Shown piece after piece: positions 39,943 through 50,170 of a stretch of DNA of 64,000 bases. Under the pieces are notes generated by a model. The model did not search any database and was not told the origin of the DNA. It saw only the letters and a program-made list of their open reading frames with translations. Numbering within the stretch: the first letter of the stretch is position 1; every line of letters starts with the position of its first letter. Origin of the DNA: Candidatus Latescibacterota bacterium (GTDB taxonomy: Bacteria > Latescibacterota > UBA2968 > GCA-2709665); assembly GCA_965219995.1 (NCBI GenBank), contig CBDCOX010000002.1, positions 4,352,001 through 4,416,000 of the forward strand, given 5' to 3'. The translations under genes and the position numbers were made by a program.

Positions 39943-41262
39943 TCAGTTGTTGCGCTTGAGTACATCCAGCAATTCGAGCGTCGCGGATTTGATCAGTCGT
40001 TCGCAGGCCGACGTTATCATCAACGTGCCGTAATATCGAAACGCGTGGTCAACTTCGTACCCGCCCTCCGGAAATGCCCCCGACGTCGGCACGTATCCGA
40101 TGCATCCGTTGCTGTACGCCAGCGTAAACGTCTTTTCGAACGGCGACGCCCGGTCCATTTCCAGCTGATAATCCACGAACATCTCGCCGGGATACGCCAC
40201 CAGCGCCGCCTCGCCGATGCGCATCGCCTGAATCTCGAACGCTTCCGGGCGGGGACGCCGGTTCCGCGCGGTGCGCAGATAATCTTCCGCCCATTGAACC
40301 TGACCACGGTACTGGCGAATCAGATAGTCGGTCGCGTCGGGGTCCTGCTCGGCCTGCCTTACCCGCGCCTTCTGCTCCTCGAGCGCACGTTCCGCCTCGT
40401 CTTCGGAGGGAATTCTCGTGGGCAGGTGGATCACCTGAGTGGCTGCATCCAGTCGATTCGACCGCAACGCTTCGGAGCCGCGGGCGGCTGCGACGGCTGC
40501 CTTACCCAGCAGTTCGCCTTGCTGCTCGGTCGTTTGCAGCGTGCCGTCCATTGGCGTACAGTTGATGTCGCCGCAACAGCCCTGCGCAAACATCGGCAGC
40601 GCGCCGTCCAATTCACGACGGATCGTCCGCGCCGCATATCCCGGGAATTCAGCGCTGAATGCCAGGCCCCGCAGGTTGACGGGGTGGGCCGCCGTCGAAT
40701 ATAGAAGCCCGAGTGCGGATCCCGACCGGCGGTCGATGCGCAGCACGTCCACCCAGGGAGCTTCGGCGCCCTCCGGGTTGCGTCCGATCGTCATCCGTCC
40801 GTTACGTACCGCGCGGCGGTTTATGGCAATCCTGACGGGCGCGCGGCCAATCCGCAGTGAAACGGCCTCCAGGCGGTCCGCCGCCATCCGGACGGCGCCC
40901 GTCACCTGCCGGCAAAGCACATCCTCGTAAGCGCTGTCCCGCAGGCCCATGCTGCGAAACGACATTACCGTGGGGCCGGAATGAGAGTGCGATCCGTTCA
41001 ACAACAGGGCCGCGCCGGGTACGCCCGCACCGCGTTCGACCAGAATCCGTATCCGCTGAACGAGGTCGGGCGCAAACGAGATGAGATCCGTCGTTACGAT
41101 CGCCAGCCGCGTCCGGCCGTCGTCGAGTACCAGCGCGCGTGCGAACAGGTCGTCGCAGACGGTTTCGGCCGGCCCCTTCCGGTGTCCGAATCCGCACAGC
41201 GACATGCCGATTGGCGGCGTAATGTTGACTTCGGCAACGCCGGCCTTCAGTTCGCCCGTCAC
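39943..41262 (-). CDS. Neutral/alkaline ceramidase-like amidohydrolase
   Basis: NITPP, DDLFARAL, SHSHSGP, QGCCGD, PGEMF, GYVP, GGYE motifs. Confidence 0.85.
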   Translation of the reverse strand: MTGELKAGVAEVNITPPIGMSLCGFGHRKGPAETVCDDLFARALVLDDGRTRLAIVTTDLISFAPDLVQRIRILVERGAGVPGAALLLNGSHSHSGPTVMSFRSMGLRDSAYEDVLCRQVTGAVRMAADRLEAVSLRIGRAPVRIAINRRAVRNGRMTIGRNPEGAEAPWVDVLRIDRRSGSALGLLYSTAAHPVNLRGLAFSAEFPGYAARTIRRELDGALPMFAQGCCGDINCTPMDGTLQTTEQQGELLGKAAVAAARGSEALRSNRLDAATQVIHLPTRIPSEDEAERALEEQKARVRQAEQDPDATDYLIRQYRGQVQWAEDYLRTARNRRPRPEAFEIQAMRIGEAALVAYPGEMFVDYQLEMDRASPFEKTFTLAYSNGCIGYVPTSGAFPEGGYEVDHAFRYYGTLMITSACERLIKSATLELLDVLKRNN

Positions 41263-41301
41263 GGGAACCTCCCAACCCGATCACACAGACCGCTTATCCG
41301 G

Positions 41302-42333
41302 CTAGAACTGCCCGTTCCGGGCTTCGTACCGGGTTGGCTTGCCAAGCGTCGGGCCTCCATGAATCACCCAGGCGGCCACCCATTCCATCATTTCGTCGGA
41401 CGAGGTTCGGGGCAGTCCCAGGAGATCGAACAACGCCCTCGAATCGCCCAGCAGGGCCGTCGGACGCTCTTCGCCCTCGAAAGCCGGCGTCCGCCCCATC
41501 AGCGCGCCGAACTTCAGCGCAACGTCTCGCACTCCCAGCAGATCGGGGCCGGTCAGATTGAGCACACGGGCCGGGCTCTCGCACAGCGGAAAGCTCCGCG
41601 CAAGATAGGCGTTCGCGTCGCCCTGCCAGATCTGGTTCACATATCCCATGCTCAGGTCGATCGGTTGTCCGATCCAAACCCTCTGGGCGATGTCCAGAAA
41701 CACGCCGTAGCGCAACTCCGTTGCGTAGAACAACCGGATAACGGCGAGCGGCGTTCCGTTCCGCTCCGCGTAGTATGCCGCGAGCCGCTCGCCCCCGAGG
41801 CGGGATTGAGCGTATTCCCCAATCGGGTCCAGCGGCGAAGACTCCACGGAGCCGCCCGTGTCCGGAGAGACAAACCGGTAAACGTTCCCCGAGGACACAT
41901 ACACGATCCTGGAATCCGGAAACCGCTGCATCACCTTTCCGGGTAGCAGTGCGTTCATGGCCCACGTCAGTGGCTCGTTGCCGGTTGAACCGAATTTGTG
42001 CCCCGCCAGCAGGATAATGTGGCCCGCGTCGGGAAGACTTCGCAGCGCATCGTCGTCAATCAGGTCGCAGCGTACGGTCCGTATGCCGCGGGCTTCCAGG
42101 TAGTTCCGATCAGCCGGATTGGAAAAACGCGATACCCCGATAACGCCGCTGGCGCCTGATCGGACCAGAAGCTCGCCCAGCGTCAACCCCATCTTGCCGG
42201 CAATCCCCAGGATCATTATCTCGCCGTCGATTCCGGATACGGCATCCTGCACCTCGGGAATCGGTTGCGTCATCCGATCGACCAGCGCGGTCTCGTTCTC
42301 TATGGGATCAAGGGTAAACTTCGACGTCTCCAT
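41302..42333 (-). CDS. NAD-dependent epimerase/dehydratase family protein
   Basis: GIAGKMG, SSGNVY, EYAQSRLG, NQIWQGDA; SD AAGGAG. Confidence 0.85.
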   Translation of the reverse strand: METSKFTLDPIENETALVDRMTQPIPEVQDAVSGIDGEIMILGIAGKMGLTLGELLVRSGASGVIGVSRFSNPADRNYLEARGIRTVRCDLIDDDALRSLPDAGHIILLAGHKFGSTGNEPLTWAMNALLPGKVMQRFPDSRIVYVSSGNVYRFVSPDTGGSVESSPLDPIGEYAQSRLGGERLAAYYAERNGTPLAVIRLFYATELRYGVFLDIAQRVWIGQPIDLSMGYVNQIWQGDANAYLARSFPLCESPARVLNLTGPDLLGVRDVALKFGALMGRTPAFEGEERPTALLGDSRALFDLLGLPRTSSDEMMEWVAAWVIHGGPTLGKPTRYEARNGQF

Positions 42334-42622
42334 CGCCGCTCCTTCAGGTGCTGGACCCCCGCGAACACCGCGTCCGTCCAATCGACCGGCCACCGGGCGC
42401 GATTATCCCATTTCGCCGCCGGTCGAAGTGAGCCGCCCAGGCCGTTTTTCGATCCGACTTCCTCTTCGTCCGCGGGCGGAAATCCATAAGAATTTATTTT
42501 AAATCAATACACTCTTCTATTAACAAAACTAACGTTTTGCACGTTAGATCATACAATATAGACCGTAAGTCCTTCTCACACAACCGAAATCTGGAGTGCG
42601 CATGCATGGGGGGGTAAAAGAG

Positions 42623-42651
42623 TTGACTTTGATTCGACAGAAACCTAGGTT
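42623..42651 (+). promoter_or_regulatory. Sigma-70 promoter for the ABC exporter
   Basis: TTGACT-17 bp-TAGGTT. Confidence 0.5.
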
Positions 42652-42740
42652 AAGCCAGTCACACGTCCCCAAAAAGCCGGACCTCGGGTCCGGTGTGAAG
42701 AAAGGAACGCCCGTTCCCTGCGGAGGAAGGGTTTTCAGCG

Positions 42741-44504
42741 ATGGATTTCCTCGTCCAATTCTACCGCATTCTGGAAGGGAAACGCCTTCTCATCGCCCTG
42801 ACCGTCGCGTGCGGGCTTCTGTTTGCCGCCGCCAACCTTCTGCCTCCGCTGCTCATCAGAGAACTCATCCGCTGGCTGACGGAAGGCTCCGGCGGCGCCG
42901 ACCTGCTTCGGATCAGCCTGCTTCTCGTCGGGGTCTACCTTTTCAGGGGCGCAACCAGATACGGTTATGGGTTCTTTTCCCACATTGCAGCCTATCGCGT
43001 GATGCACGATCTGATGGTGAAGATCTACCGACACCTGCAGAACATGCCCCACCGGTTTTTCAACACGCAGCGGACGGGAAATCTCATCTCAAGATCGATC
43101 AACGACGTCGAAGCCCTTGAAGACTTCGTGGCTCACGGCATCCCCGAGACGGCGCTGGCCGCGATCATACCCCTTTCAATGACTGTTGTGCTGTTCACCC
43201 TGAACCCCGACCTCGCTCTCATCACCCTGATCCCCATTCCGCTGACAGCGTTTCTGGTATACCGTTACGTTTCGAAGGTACGCGCCCTCTGGAGCGCGGT
43301 GCGCGCGCATCTCGCCGACCTGATCGCGCTCGTCCAGGACAGCTTCGCCGGCATCCCGGTAATCAAGTCATTCGCGCAGGAACACCGGCGCGCCCGCCTT
43401 GTCGAAGCCCAGAGCCGGAAGTTCAGAGACAGCAGCGTCACCGCCAACCGAATCTCGCTTCTGCCCGCCGGCATCATCGAGGCCACCGGCGGAATCGGTA
43501 TCGTCCTGGTGATCTGGAGCGGCGGTGAAATGGCGCTGGAAGGCGTGATTTCCGTTGCGGACCTCTTCGTGTTCATCGTCTACATGGGGCATATTTACCA
43601 GCCATTTCTCCAACTCGCGTCGTTCAACGACATCCTGCAGAAAGCCGCGGCCAGCACCGACCGCGTCACCGAACTCCTCGCCGTTGAATCGGACATCCAT
43701 GACGCCCCCGGCGCCGTTATGCCGCAAGCCATATCCTGGGACATCCGGTTTCAAAACGTCACGTTCGGATACGATCCCGAGAATCCCGTGCTCTCCGGCG
43801 TCGATTTTCATGCGGATGCCGGTGAAATCATCGCTCTTGTAGGGCCCACGGGCGCCGGAAAGACCACCGTTGTCAATCTGATCCCGCGCTTCTACGACCC
43901 GCAAAGCGGCGGTGTCTTGATCGGCGGGCACGACGTACGCACCCTGCCACTGGCCTGCCTTCGCTCACGGATTGCGACCGTGTTTCAGGATGTCTTCCTG
44001 TTCCACGCCACCGTGCGCGAGAACCTGCTCTTCGGTCGTGCGGAGGCTACGGACCGGCAGGTTCGCGAAGCGGCGCGGGCGGCCAATGCTGAAGAGTTCA
44101 TCCTGGATCTCCCCGACGGCTACGACACACTCGTCGGGGAGCGGGGCGTCCGGTTGTCCGGCGGCCAGAAACAGCGGCTATCGATCGCCCGTGCCGTGTT
44201 GAAAGGCGCGCCGATCCTGATCCTTGACGAAGCTACTTCCTCTGTGGACGCCGAGACCGAAATCCTCATCCAGGAAGCCATCGCGCGCCTCACGCGCCAT
44301 CGCACCACATTTGTGATCGCGCACCGGTTATCGACCGTGCGAAACGCGGACAAGATTCTCGTCTGCGACGGCGGTCGAATTGTCGAGTCCGGCACCCACG
44401 AGAAGCTGATGGTTCAGGATGGCCTTTACACGCGAATGGTGCGGACTCAGGAGATTTCCCGCGGCTGGCGGATTCCCCAGGCCAGGGAAAACGCTGCCGA
44501 CTGA
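42741..44504 (+). CDS. ABC exporter, fused permease/ATPase (MsbA/MdlB-like)
   Basis: TM domain plus GPTGAGKTT, LSGGQ, LDEATS. Confidence 0.93.
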   Translation: MDFLVQFYRILEGKRLLIALTVACGLLFAAANLLPPLLIRELIRWLTEGSGGADLLRISLLLVGVYLFRGATRYGYGFFSHIAAYRVMHDLMVKIYRHLQNMPHRFFNTQRTGNLISRSINDVEALEDFVAHGIPETALAAIIPLSMTVVLFTLNPDLALITLIPIPLTAFLVYRYVSKVRALWSAVRAHLADLIALVQDSFAGIPVIKSFAQEHRRARLVEAQSRKFRDSSVTANRISLLPAGIIEATGGIGIVLVIWSGGEMALEGVISVADLFVFIVYMGHIYQPFLQLASFNDILQKAAASTDRVTELLAVESDIHDAPGAVMPQAISWDIRFQNVTFGYDPENPVLSGVDFHADAGEIIALVGPTGAGKTTVVNLIPRFYDPQSGGVLIGGHDVRTLPLACLRSRIATVFQDVFLFHATVRENLLFGRAEATDRQVREAARAANAEEFILDLPDGYDTLVGERGVRLSGGQKQRLSIARAVLKGAPILILDEATSSVDAETEILIQEAIARLTRHRTTFVIAHRLSTVRNADKILVCDGGRIVESGTHEKLMVQDGLYTRMVRTQEISRGWRIPQARENAAD

Positions 44505-44552
44505 TCGCCTGGCGCGGAAATAAGACGCCCGTTCGGTACTCAGTCTTCAAGG

Positions 44553-44597
44553 AGGAAAAAGAAATGAGGGGGCGACCCGACGGATCGCCCCCTCTAC
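44553..44597 (-). terminator. Terminator/REP-like hairpin between convergent genes
   Basis: GAGGGGGCGATCCG-T-CGGGTCGCCCCCTC then ATTTCTTTTT on the minus strand; GTAG at the 5' foot. Confidence 0.65.
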
Positions 44598-44623
44598 GGC
44601 TGCTGCCGGCCGTGTGTAACCGC

Positions 44624-45622
44624 TCACTTCTCCCACACCGTCACGTCCGCGAATGCCGTTCGCGCTCTGTCGCGCGCGACGCGCTGCCCGTACGTGACGG
44701 AAGCACGGAATCCGGCCTGAGAAAGCGCCGCCGCCTTCGGTTCGAACCCTGCGTCGCAATAGGCCAGGTACCGGTCCGCTTCCGGAAGGGACAACGCGTC
44801 CAACAGATCACCCGCACGGTCCCAGAAGTCGGGATGGCAATAGACGTCCACCAGACAGCTTTCGGGCCAAAGACGGTCGAAGGACCACATCGCCAGACCC
44901 GCCACGGCCGTCGTTTCACGCTGCCGCAGCACGATCACGCGCGGGGGCCTTCCGTCCGCTCTTCGCGCCGCCGCGTCTCGAATGAACGGCAGAAGCGGGC
45001 TTTCGGTGGACTGCCGACCGAAAACCCGCATGCCCGCACACCGTGTCACGCCGGGAAAATCACCCGAAAACAGGGCCGTCGACGCCGGCCAGTCCCGCCA
45101 CTCCAGCCCGGCAGCGTCCGCCTCTCCTTTCGCGAAATAATCCCTCTCGAATCCTTCCTTTGACGTCGTGTAGAATTCCATGTAGCCGCTTTGGGATTCC
45201 ATGCCTTCGAAGCCGTGCGCCCGGTAGATGTGATAAGGGGGCGAGTCGTAGCCCGTCCCGAGGTAGAGCGCCTTCCCGCCGCGCCTCCGGAAATGATCCA
45301 TCGTCACGCGCATCAGTTCCATCGCGGCCCGCTTCCGTCTGTCCTCCGGTCTCGTATACACGTGTCCGAATATGCCTGCCCCCCGGGTTTCGACCGTGGT
45401 CATATTGGCAAACGGAATCCCGTTGCGATGCAGAACGTAGAAGTACGCCTCGACGTCCAGGCGCTCCCGAAGCACCATCGTGTTTCCCCAGCGCCAGTTC
45501 TCGCCCTTGTGCTCCAGCAGCGCTTCGATTCGATCCGCCCAGTCCGGATCGGGTCCCTTCACCACGCCCGCATCCACGGGTTCGCCGGATTTCAGTCTGA
45601 TTGTGTCAATGTGCTCGTACAT
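44624..45622 (-). CDS. GNAT-family N-acetyltransferase-domain protein
   Basis: GHVYTRPEDRRKRAA, LYLGT, IYRAHGF motifs. Confidence 0.78.
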   Translation of the reverse strand: MYEHIDTIRLKSGEPVDAGVVKGPDPDWADRIEALLEHKGENWRWGNTMVLRERLDVEAYFYVLHRNGIPFANMTTVETRGAGIFGHVYTRPEDRRKRAAMELMRVTMDHFRRRGGKALYLGTGYDSPPYHIYRAHGFEGMESQSGYMEFYTTSKEGFERDYFAKGEADAAGLEWRDWPASTALFSGDFPGVTRCAGMRVFGRQSTESPLLPFIRDAAARRADGRPPRVIVLRQRETTAVAGLAMWSFDRLWPESCLVDVYCHPDFWDRAGDLLDALSLPEADRYLAYCDAGFEPKAAALSQAGFRASVTYGQRVARDRARTAFADVTVWEK

Positions 45623-45694
45623 CTCAATCCTCGTCTCCGGATCCGGGCGACGGATTCCATGCGGCCCGCCCGCTCGCGAACCGCGGAATCCGGA

Positions 45695-47209
45695 TTATCT
45701 CGCCCATTCGGGCAACCCTGTCCACTCAATGCCCAATGCCGGCCCGCCAAGGGCATATATGGCGCCCGCGATGATCGCGACGCCCGTCAGATTCAGGATC
45801 AACCCCGCGCGGACCATATCCTTCATGCGAACCCGGTCCGTGCCGAATACGATCGCATTGGGCGGTGTGGCCACGGGCAGCATGAATGCGAAGGAGCAGG
45901 AAAGTGTGGCGGGGACCATCAACAGAAGGGGATTCACCTGTATCGCGACGCCCAGCGCCGCCAGAATGGGGAGAAACATCTCGGCCGTTGCGGTGTTGGA
46001 CGTCAACTCGGTCAGAAACGTAATCATCAGGCAAAGGACGGCCACGAGCAACATGGGATGGACCGCGCTGAGCCCTGCCAGGCGATGCCCGAACCACATG
46101 GACAAACCCGAATCCTTGAACCCCGTCGCCAGTGCGAAACCCCCTCCGAAGAGCAGCACGATATGCCACGGCAGCTTCGCCACGGTTTCCCGATCCAGGA
46201 TTTTTTCCGCGGAAGCGCTGCGGGCGGGAATGAGAAAGAGCAGCAGAGCCATTCCCATTGCGACCGTTCCGTCATTCAGAAACGCGCCGCCTGGAAACAG
46301 CCCCGACCAACCCGGGACTACCGTATCGCCGATCCGGATCTCGTTCCTGAAGAGCCAGAGGAGCGCCAGCAGCACGAAGTTCGCCAGAACGACCGCTTCC
46401 TCGTAAGAGAGCGGCCCCAGCGCTCTGTATTGATCCCGTAGAACACGCTGATCGAAAGTCCTCGCCTGCCTGCCGCCGGCGTGCAGATGACTCAACAGCA
46501 GCCACGCCAGGACCAGAAAGAACACGGAAACCGGAAATGCGAAAAGGAACCAGCCCGCGAACGAAATCTCCGGCGCACCAGGGAAGTGAATGTTCAGAAT
46601 CCGGGCGAACGAGAGATTCGGCGGCGTGCCCACCAGCGTCGCCACGCCACCGATGGATGCGCTGTACGCCACACCGAGAAACAGACCGGTTGCAAATCGC
46701 CCCTGTTGTGTTCCCTCCTCCAGCTTCAACACCACCGCCAGGACGATCGGCACCATCATCATCGTGGTTGCCGTATTGGAGATCCACATCGACAAAAAAG
46801 CCGTGGACACCATGAATCCCAGGAGAATCCGCCGCGGACGAACGCCGCACCACAGGAGCACGCGCAATGCGATCCGACGATGCAGATTCCAGCGCTGCAT
46901 GGCCAGCGCAACCATGAAACCGCCAATGAACAGCAGAATGACGTGGTTGAAATAGATCGGCGCGACCTTTTTGCCATCCATAATTCCGAACAGCGGGAAC
47001 AACACGACCGGGAGCAGCGCGGTGGCCGCCAGCGGTACCGCTTCCGTCATCCACCATACGGCCATCAGCAGGGCGACGGCGGCCGTCCTTGTCACGACCG
47101 GCCGGCCGGGATCCAGATCGAAGAACAGGAGCAGCCCGATTGCCAGAACCGGTCCCGCGATCAGGCCGATTTTCTGCATCCTCGTGCCGGAATGTCTATG
47201 CAGATCCAT
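45695..47209 (-). CDS. SLC13/DASS sodium:di/tricarboxylate or sulfate transporter
   Basis: SMWISNTAT, GTPPN, TSNTAT, LPVATPPNA motifs; SD GGAGG before 47209. Confidence 0.93.
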   Translation of the reverse strand: MDLHRHSGTRMQKIGLIAGPVLAIGLLLFFDLDPGRPVVTRTAAVALLMAVWWMTEAVPLAATALLPVVLFPLFGIMDGKKVAPIYFNHVILLFIGGFMVALAMQRWNLHRRIALRVLLWCGVRPRRILLGFMVSTAFLSMWISNTATTMMMVPIVLAVVLKLEEGTQQGRFATGLFLGVAYSASIGGVATLVGTPPNLSFARILNIHFPGAPEISFAGWFLFAFPVSVFFLVLAWLLLSHLHAGGRQARTFDQRVLRDQYRALGPLSYEEAVVLANFVLLALLWLFRNEIRIGDTVVPGWSGLFPGGAFLNDGTVAMGMALLLFLIPARSASAEKILDRETVAKLPWHIVLLFGGGFALATGFKDSGLSMWFGHRLAGLSAVHPMLLVAVLCLMITFLTELTSNTATAEMFLPILAALGVAIQVNPLLLMVPATLSCSFAFMLPVATPPNAIVFGTDRVRMKDMVRAGLILNLTGVAIIAGAIYALGGPALGIEWTGLPEWAR

Positions 47210-47289
47210 CGTCGCGCCTCCAATGGCCGGTGTTTCGCCAACGGCACAATATATGCACGCGCCGCCACCAAAAAAGCGCAAAATGCCCA

Positions 47290-47318
47290 TTGACATCCCG
47301 CCTGCCTTGACCTACATT
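47290..47318 (+). promoter_or_regulatory. Sigma-70 promoter for the tandem oxidoreductases
   Basis: TTGACA-17 bp-TACATT. Confidence 0.65.
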
Positions 47319-47379
47319 GCATCCCGCTCGATTTCTTATGATCGCGGCCCGTGGGGTTCAGCAAATACAGAGGCGGTGG

Positions 47380-48453
47380 ATGGAGAACGGGAAGTTCGGT
47401 TTCGGGATTATCGGCTGCGGAGTGATCGCCCCCACACATCGCCAGGCCATCGACGCCTGCGACGCGGCCGAACTCGTAGCGGTCTGCGATACCGACGAAA
47501 ATCAGGTCCGGTCGTTTCTCGCCGGCGCGGATGGCGCCGCGGCGGAGATTCGCACGTATTCAGACTATAGAGAACTGGTCCGGGACCGGAATGTGGACAT
47601 CGTCAGCGTCTGCACTCCCTCGGGGCTGCACTGGGAAGGCGTGACCGCAGCCGCAAGGGCCGGCAGGCATGTGTTGTGCGAGAAGCCGCTCGAAATCGAC
47701 GCCGGCCGCATGACCGACATGACGGCGACCTGCCGCAAAGCCGGGGTGAAGCTCGGATGCGTCTTCCAGAGCCGCACCAGTCCGGACATGATGAGGGCGC
47801 GCAAAGCCATTCAGGACGGCCTGCTGGGTCAGATGATTCTGGCTGACGCCTATCTCAAGGACTACCGGTCTCACGCCTACTACCGGAGCGCGGGCTGGAG
47901 GGGCACCTGGTCGCTGGACGGCGGCGGCGCTCTCATGAACCAGGGCGTTCACGGCGTCGACCTTCTCCTCTGGCTAACGGGAAGCCCGGTTGAATCGGTA
48001 TTCGCGCGGGCAGAGCATAAGGTGCGCGACATTGAAGTGGAAGACACGGCCGTTGCCAATCTGAAATTCAGAAACGGCGCGTTCGGCGCCCTCATCGGCA
48101 CCACGTCGTGCAACCCCGGCGAAGCCCGCCGCATCGAGTTGCACGGAGACCGAGGCACCATCACGGTAAGCGGCAGTTCGATTTCCCGCTGGGCGCACAC
48201 CCGAGAAGAAGACGGCCGCGCCGAAGACACCGAACCGCCCAAAGCAATCGAAATCGAAGGCGCGGTGGCCGATCCCGGTGACATCGGCAGCGCCGGCCAC
48301 GTCTACCTTGTGGAAGACCTTGTCCGGGCTATCCGGGAAGACCGCGACCCTTACGTTACGGGCGAATCCGCCCGCGGCGCCGTAGACCTCATCCTGGCGA
48401 TCTACGAGTCCGCACGAACGGGCAGGGAAGTCGAAGTCCGGAACGAAGGCTGA
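47380..48453 (+). CDS. Gfo/Idh/MocA oxidoreductase
   Basis: GCGVIA, CEKP, GGGALMNQGVH. Confidence 0.92.
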   Translation: MENGKFGFGIIGCGVIAPTHRQAIDACDAAELVAVCDTDENQVRSFLAGADGAAAEIRTYSDYRELVRDRNVDIVSVCTPSGLHWEGVTAAARAGRHVLCEKPLEIDAGRMTDMTATCRKAGVKLGCVFQSRTSPDMMRARKAIQDGLLGQMILADAYLKDYRSHAYYRSAGWRGTWSLDGGGALMNQGVHGVDLLLWLTGSPVESVFARAEHKVRDIEVEDTAVANLKFRNGAFGALIGTTSCNPGEARRIELHGDRGTITVSGSSISRWAHTREEDGRAEDTEPPKAIEIEGAVADPGDIGSAGHVYLVEDLVRAIREDRDPYVTGESARGAVDLILAIYESARTGREVEVRNEG

Positions 48454-48512
48454 ACCGGGCGGTCCCTGCGCGGCATGCCGCGCAACAACCCCGAAAAGGA
48501 ACGATTTCCAAT

Positions 48513-49571
48513 ATGGCCAGACAGACCAAACTCGGCTGGGGCATCATTGGCGCCGGAATGATCGCGGGTCATTTCAGGTCGGCAATCGACGCCTGTTCCA
48601 ACGCGGAACTGGTTGCGGTCTGCAACTATAACGAGGAAAAGGGAAGGAATTTCGCGTCCGAGTCCGGCGGCATCCGGTTTTACAGGCATTATCAGGATCT
48701 GGTCGAGGATCCCGATGTGCAGATCGCCGGTATCTGCACCCCGTCCGGCATGCACGCGGACAACGTGATTGCGGCCGCCCGCGCCGGCGTGCATTCCCTC
48801 TGTGAGAAACCGCTGGACGTCACGCGTGAGAAAATGGACCGGATGATCGGTGCCTGTCGCGATGCCGGCGTCAAACTCGGCTGTATTTTTCAGAGTCGAA
48901 CCAGCGATGAAGCGATAAGGGTGCGAAACGCCGTCAGGAATGGAGACCTGGGCAAGCTGGTGCTGGCCGACGCCTTGTTGAAGAATTACCGCTCACAGGA
49001 GTACTACGACAGCGCCGGATGGCGGGGAACCTGGAAACACGACGGCGGCGGCGCGCTGATGAACCAGGGGGTCCACGGCGTGGATCTCTTGTTGTGGCTG
49101 ATCGACGACGACGTGGAATCCGTCTTCGCCCGCGCCGAACACAAGGTGCGCGACATCGAGGTGGAAGATACCGCCGTTGCCACCATCAAATACAGGAGCG
49201 GCGCGTTCGGAACGCTTATCGGCACCACTTCGTGCAATCCCGGAGAGGCGACGCGGCTTGAAATTCACGGTGATTCCGGGACCATCACCATGAGCGGTAC
49301 CGAAATCACGCGCTGGGCCACCACCACCGAGGAAGACGGACGCGCGGTTGACGCGTTTCCACCAAGGCAGATCGCCGCGGCCGGCAACGTGGGCGCCGCC
49401 AGCGCCGTCGCGCCCGGCCACGGCTTTCTCGTAGATGACATCACCCGCGCCGTCCTGGAAGACCGGGAGCCCCATATCCCGGGCGAGTCGGCGCGGAAGT
49501 CGGTGGACCTGATCCTGGCCATCTACGAATCCGCACGAACCGGACGGGAGATTATCATGGACAAGTGGTAG
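48513..49571 (+). CDS. Gfo/Idh/MocA oxidoreductase (close paralog of the preceding gene)
   Basis: GAGMIA, CEKP, GGGALMNQGVH. Confidence 0.92.
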   Translation: MARQTKLGWGIIGAGMIAGHFRSAIDACSNAELVAVCNYNEEKGRNFASESGGIRFYRHYQDLVEDPDVQIAGICTPSGMHADNVIAAARAGVHSLCEKPLDVTREKMDRMIGACRDAGVKLGCIFQSRTSDEAIRVRNAVRNGDLGKLVLADALLKNYRSQEYYDSAGWRGTWKHDGGGALMNQGVHGVDLLLWLIDDDVESVFARAEHKVRDIEVEDTAVATIKYRSGAFGTLIGTTSCNPGEATRLEIHGDSGTITMSGTEITRWATTTEEDGRAVDAFPPRQIAAAGNVGAASAVAPGHGFLVDDITRAVLEDREPHIPGESARKSVDLILAIYESARTGREIIMDKW

Positions 49572-49879
49572 GCACCATGAACCAGGCGTCCTGTCCCAAA
49601 GATACCGCACCCTTCTTCCAACGATTCATCCCGTCGCGCTACGTTGCCTTCACTGATCCAGTCGAAGTGCCCTCGCTCGCCTACCTTGCGCAGGCGGGCT
49701 GTCGGCGGAAAGCTAATGTCTGTCCTCATCAATCAGACGCCAATCGGCTTACGACGGGATATCCTGACCGGAGGACTCCCAGAGCAGAGCGCGCTGATCC
49801 GTCCAGCAACGTGGTTCGCTGTGCCAACGAGGGTGTGAGGTCAGAGGATTGAGTGCATCCTGTGAGTGGGTTCGCGCAG

Positions 49880-49957
49880 TGCATATGGCAGGCCCCGCGC
49901 CCAGCGGCGACTTTTGGTTCCTTTTGGTCGCTTCAAAAGGAACCCGCCGGAGGCAGG
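49880..49957. repeat. Hairpin-rich interspersed repeat-like element
   Basis: 11-bp stem GGTTCCTTTTG/CAAAAGGAACC and a CTTTTGGT direct repeat in a 600-bp gap between convergent genes. Confidence 0.45.
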
Positions 49958-50170
49958 GAATTTGGGGAGATGTGGATGTTGAATCTGACCTTCGTCTTAT
50001 AGTTAAGACTGACGGTTGACAACTTAAGGTTGTTTGCTGGATTTCTCCGGCCGAATTCAGGCAGCTTATTGCCGGGACGGAACACCGCATCACGCAGACA
50101 CATCGAAAGGAACAGCCGGTTGCGACGCCTGCAACCGGCTGTTCCCTTTGTTACCCGATGTCGCGCGTCT

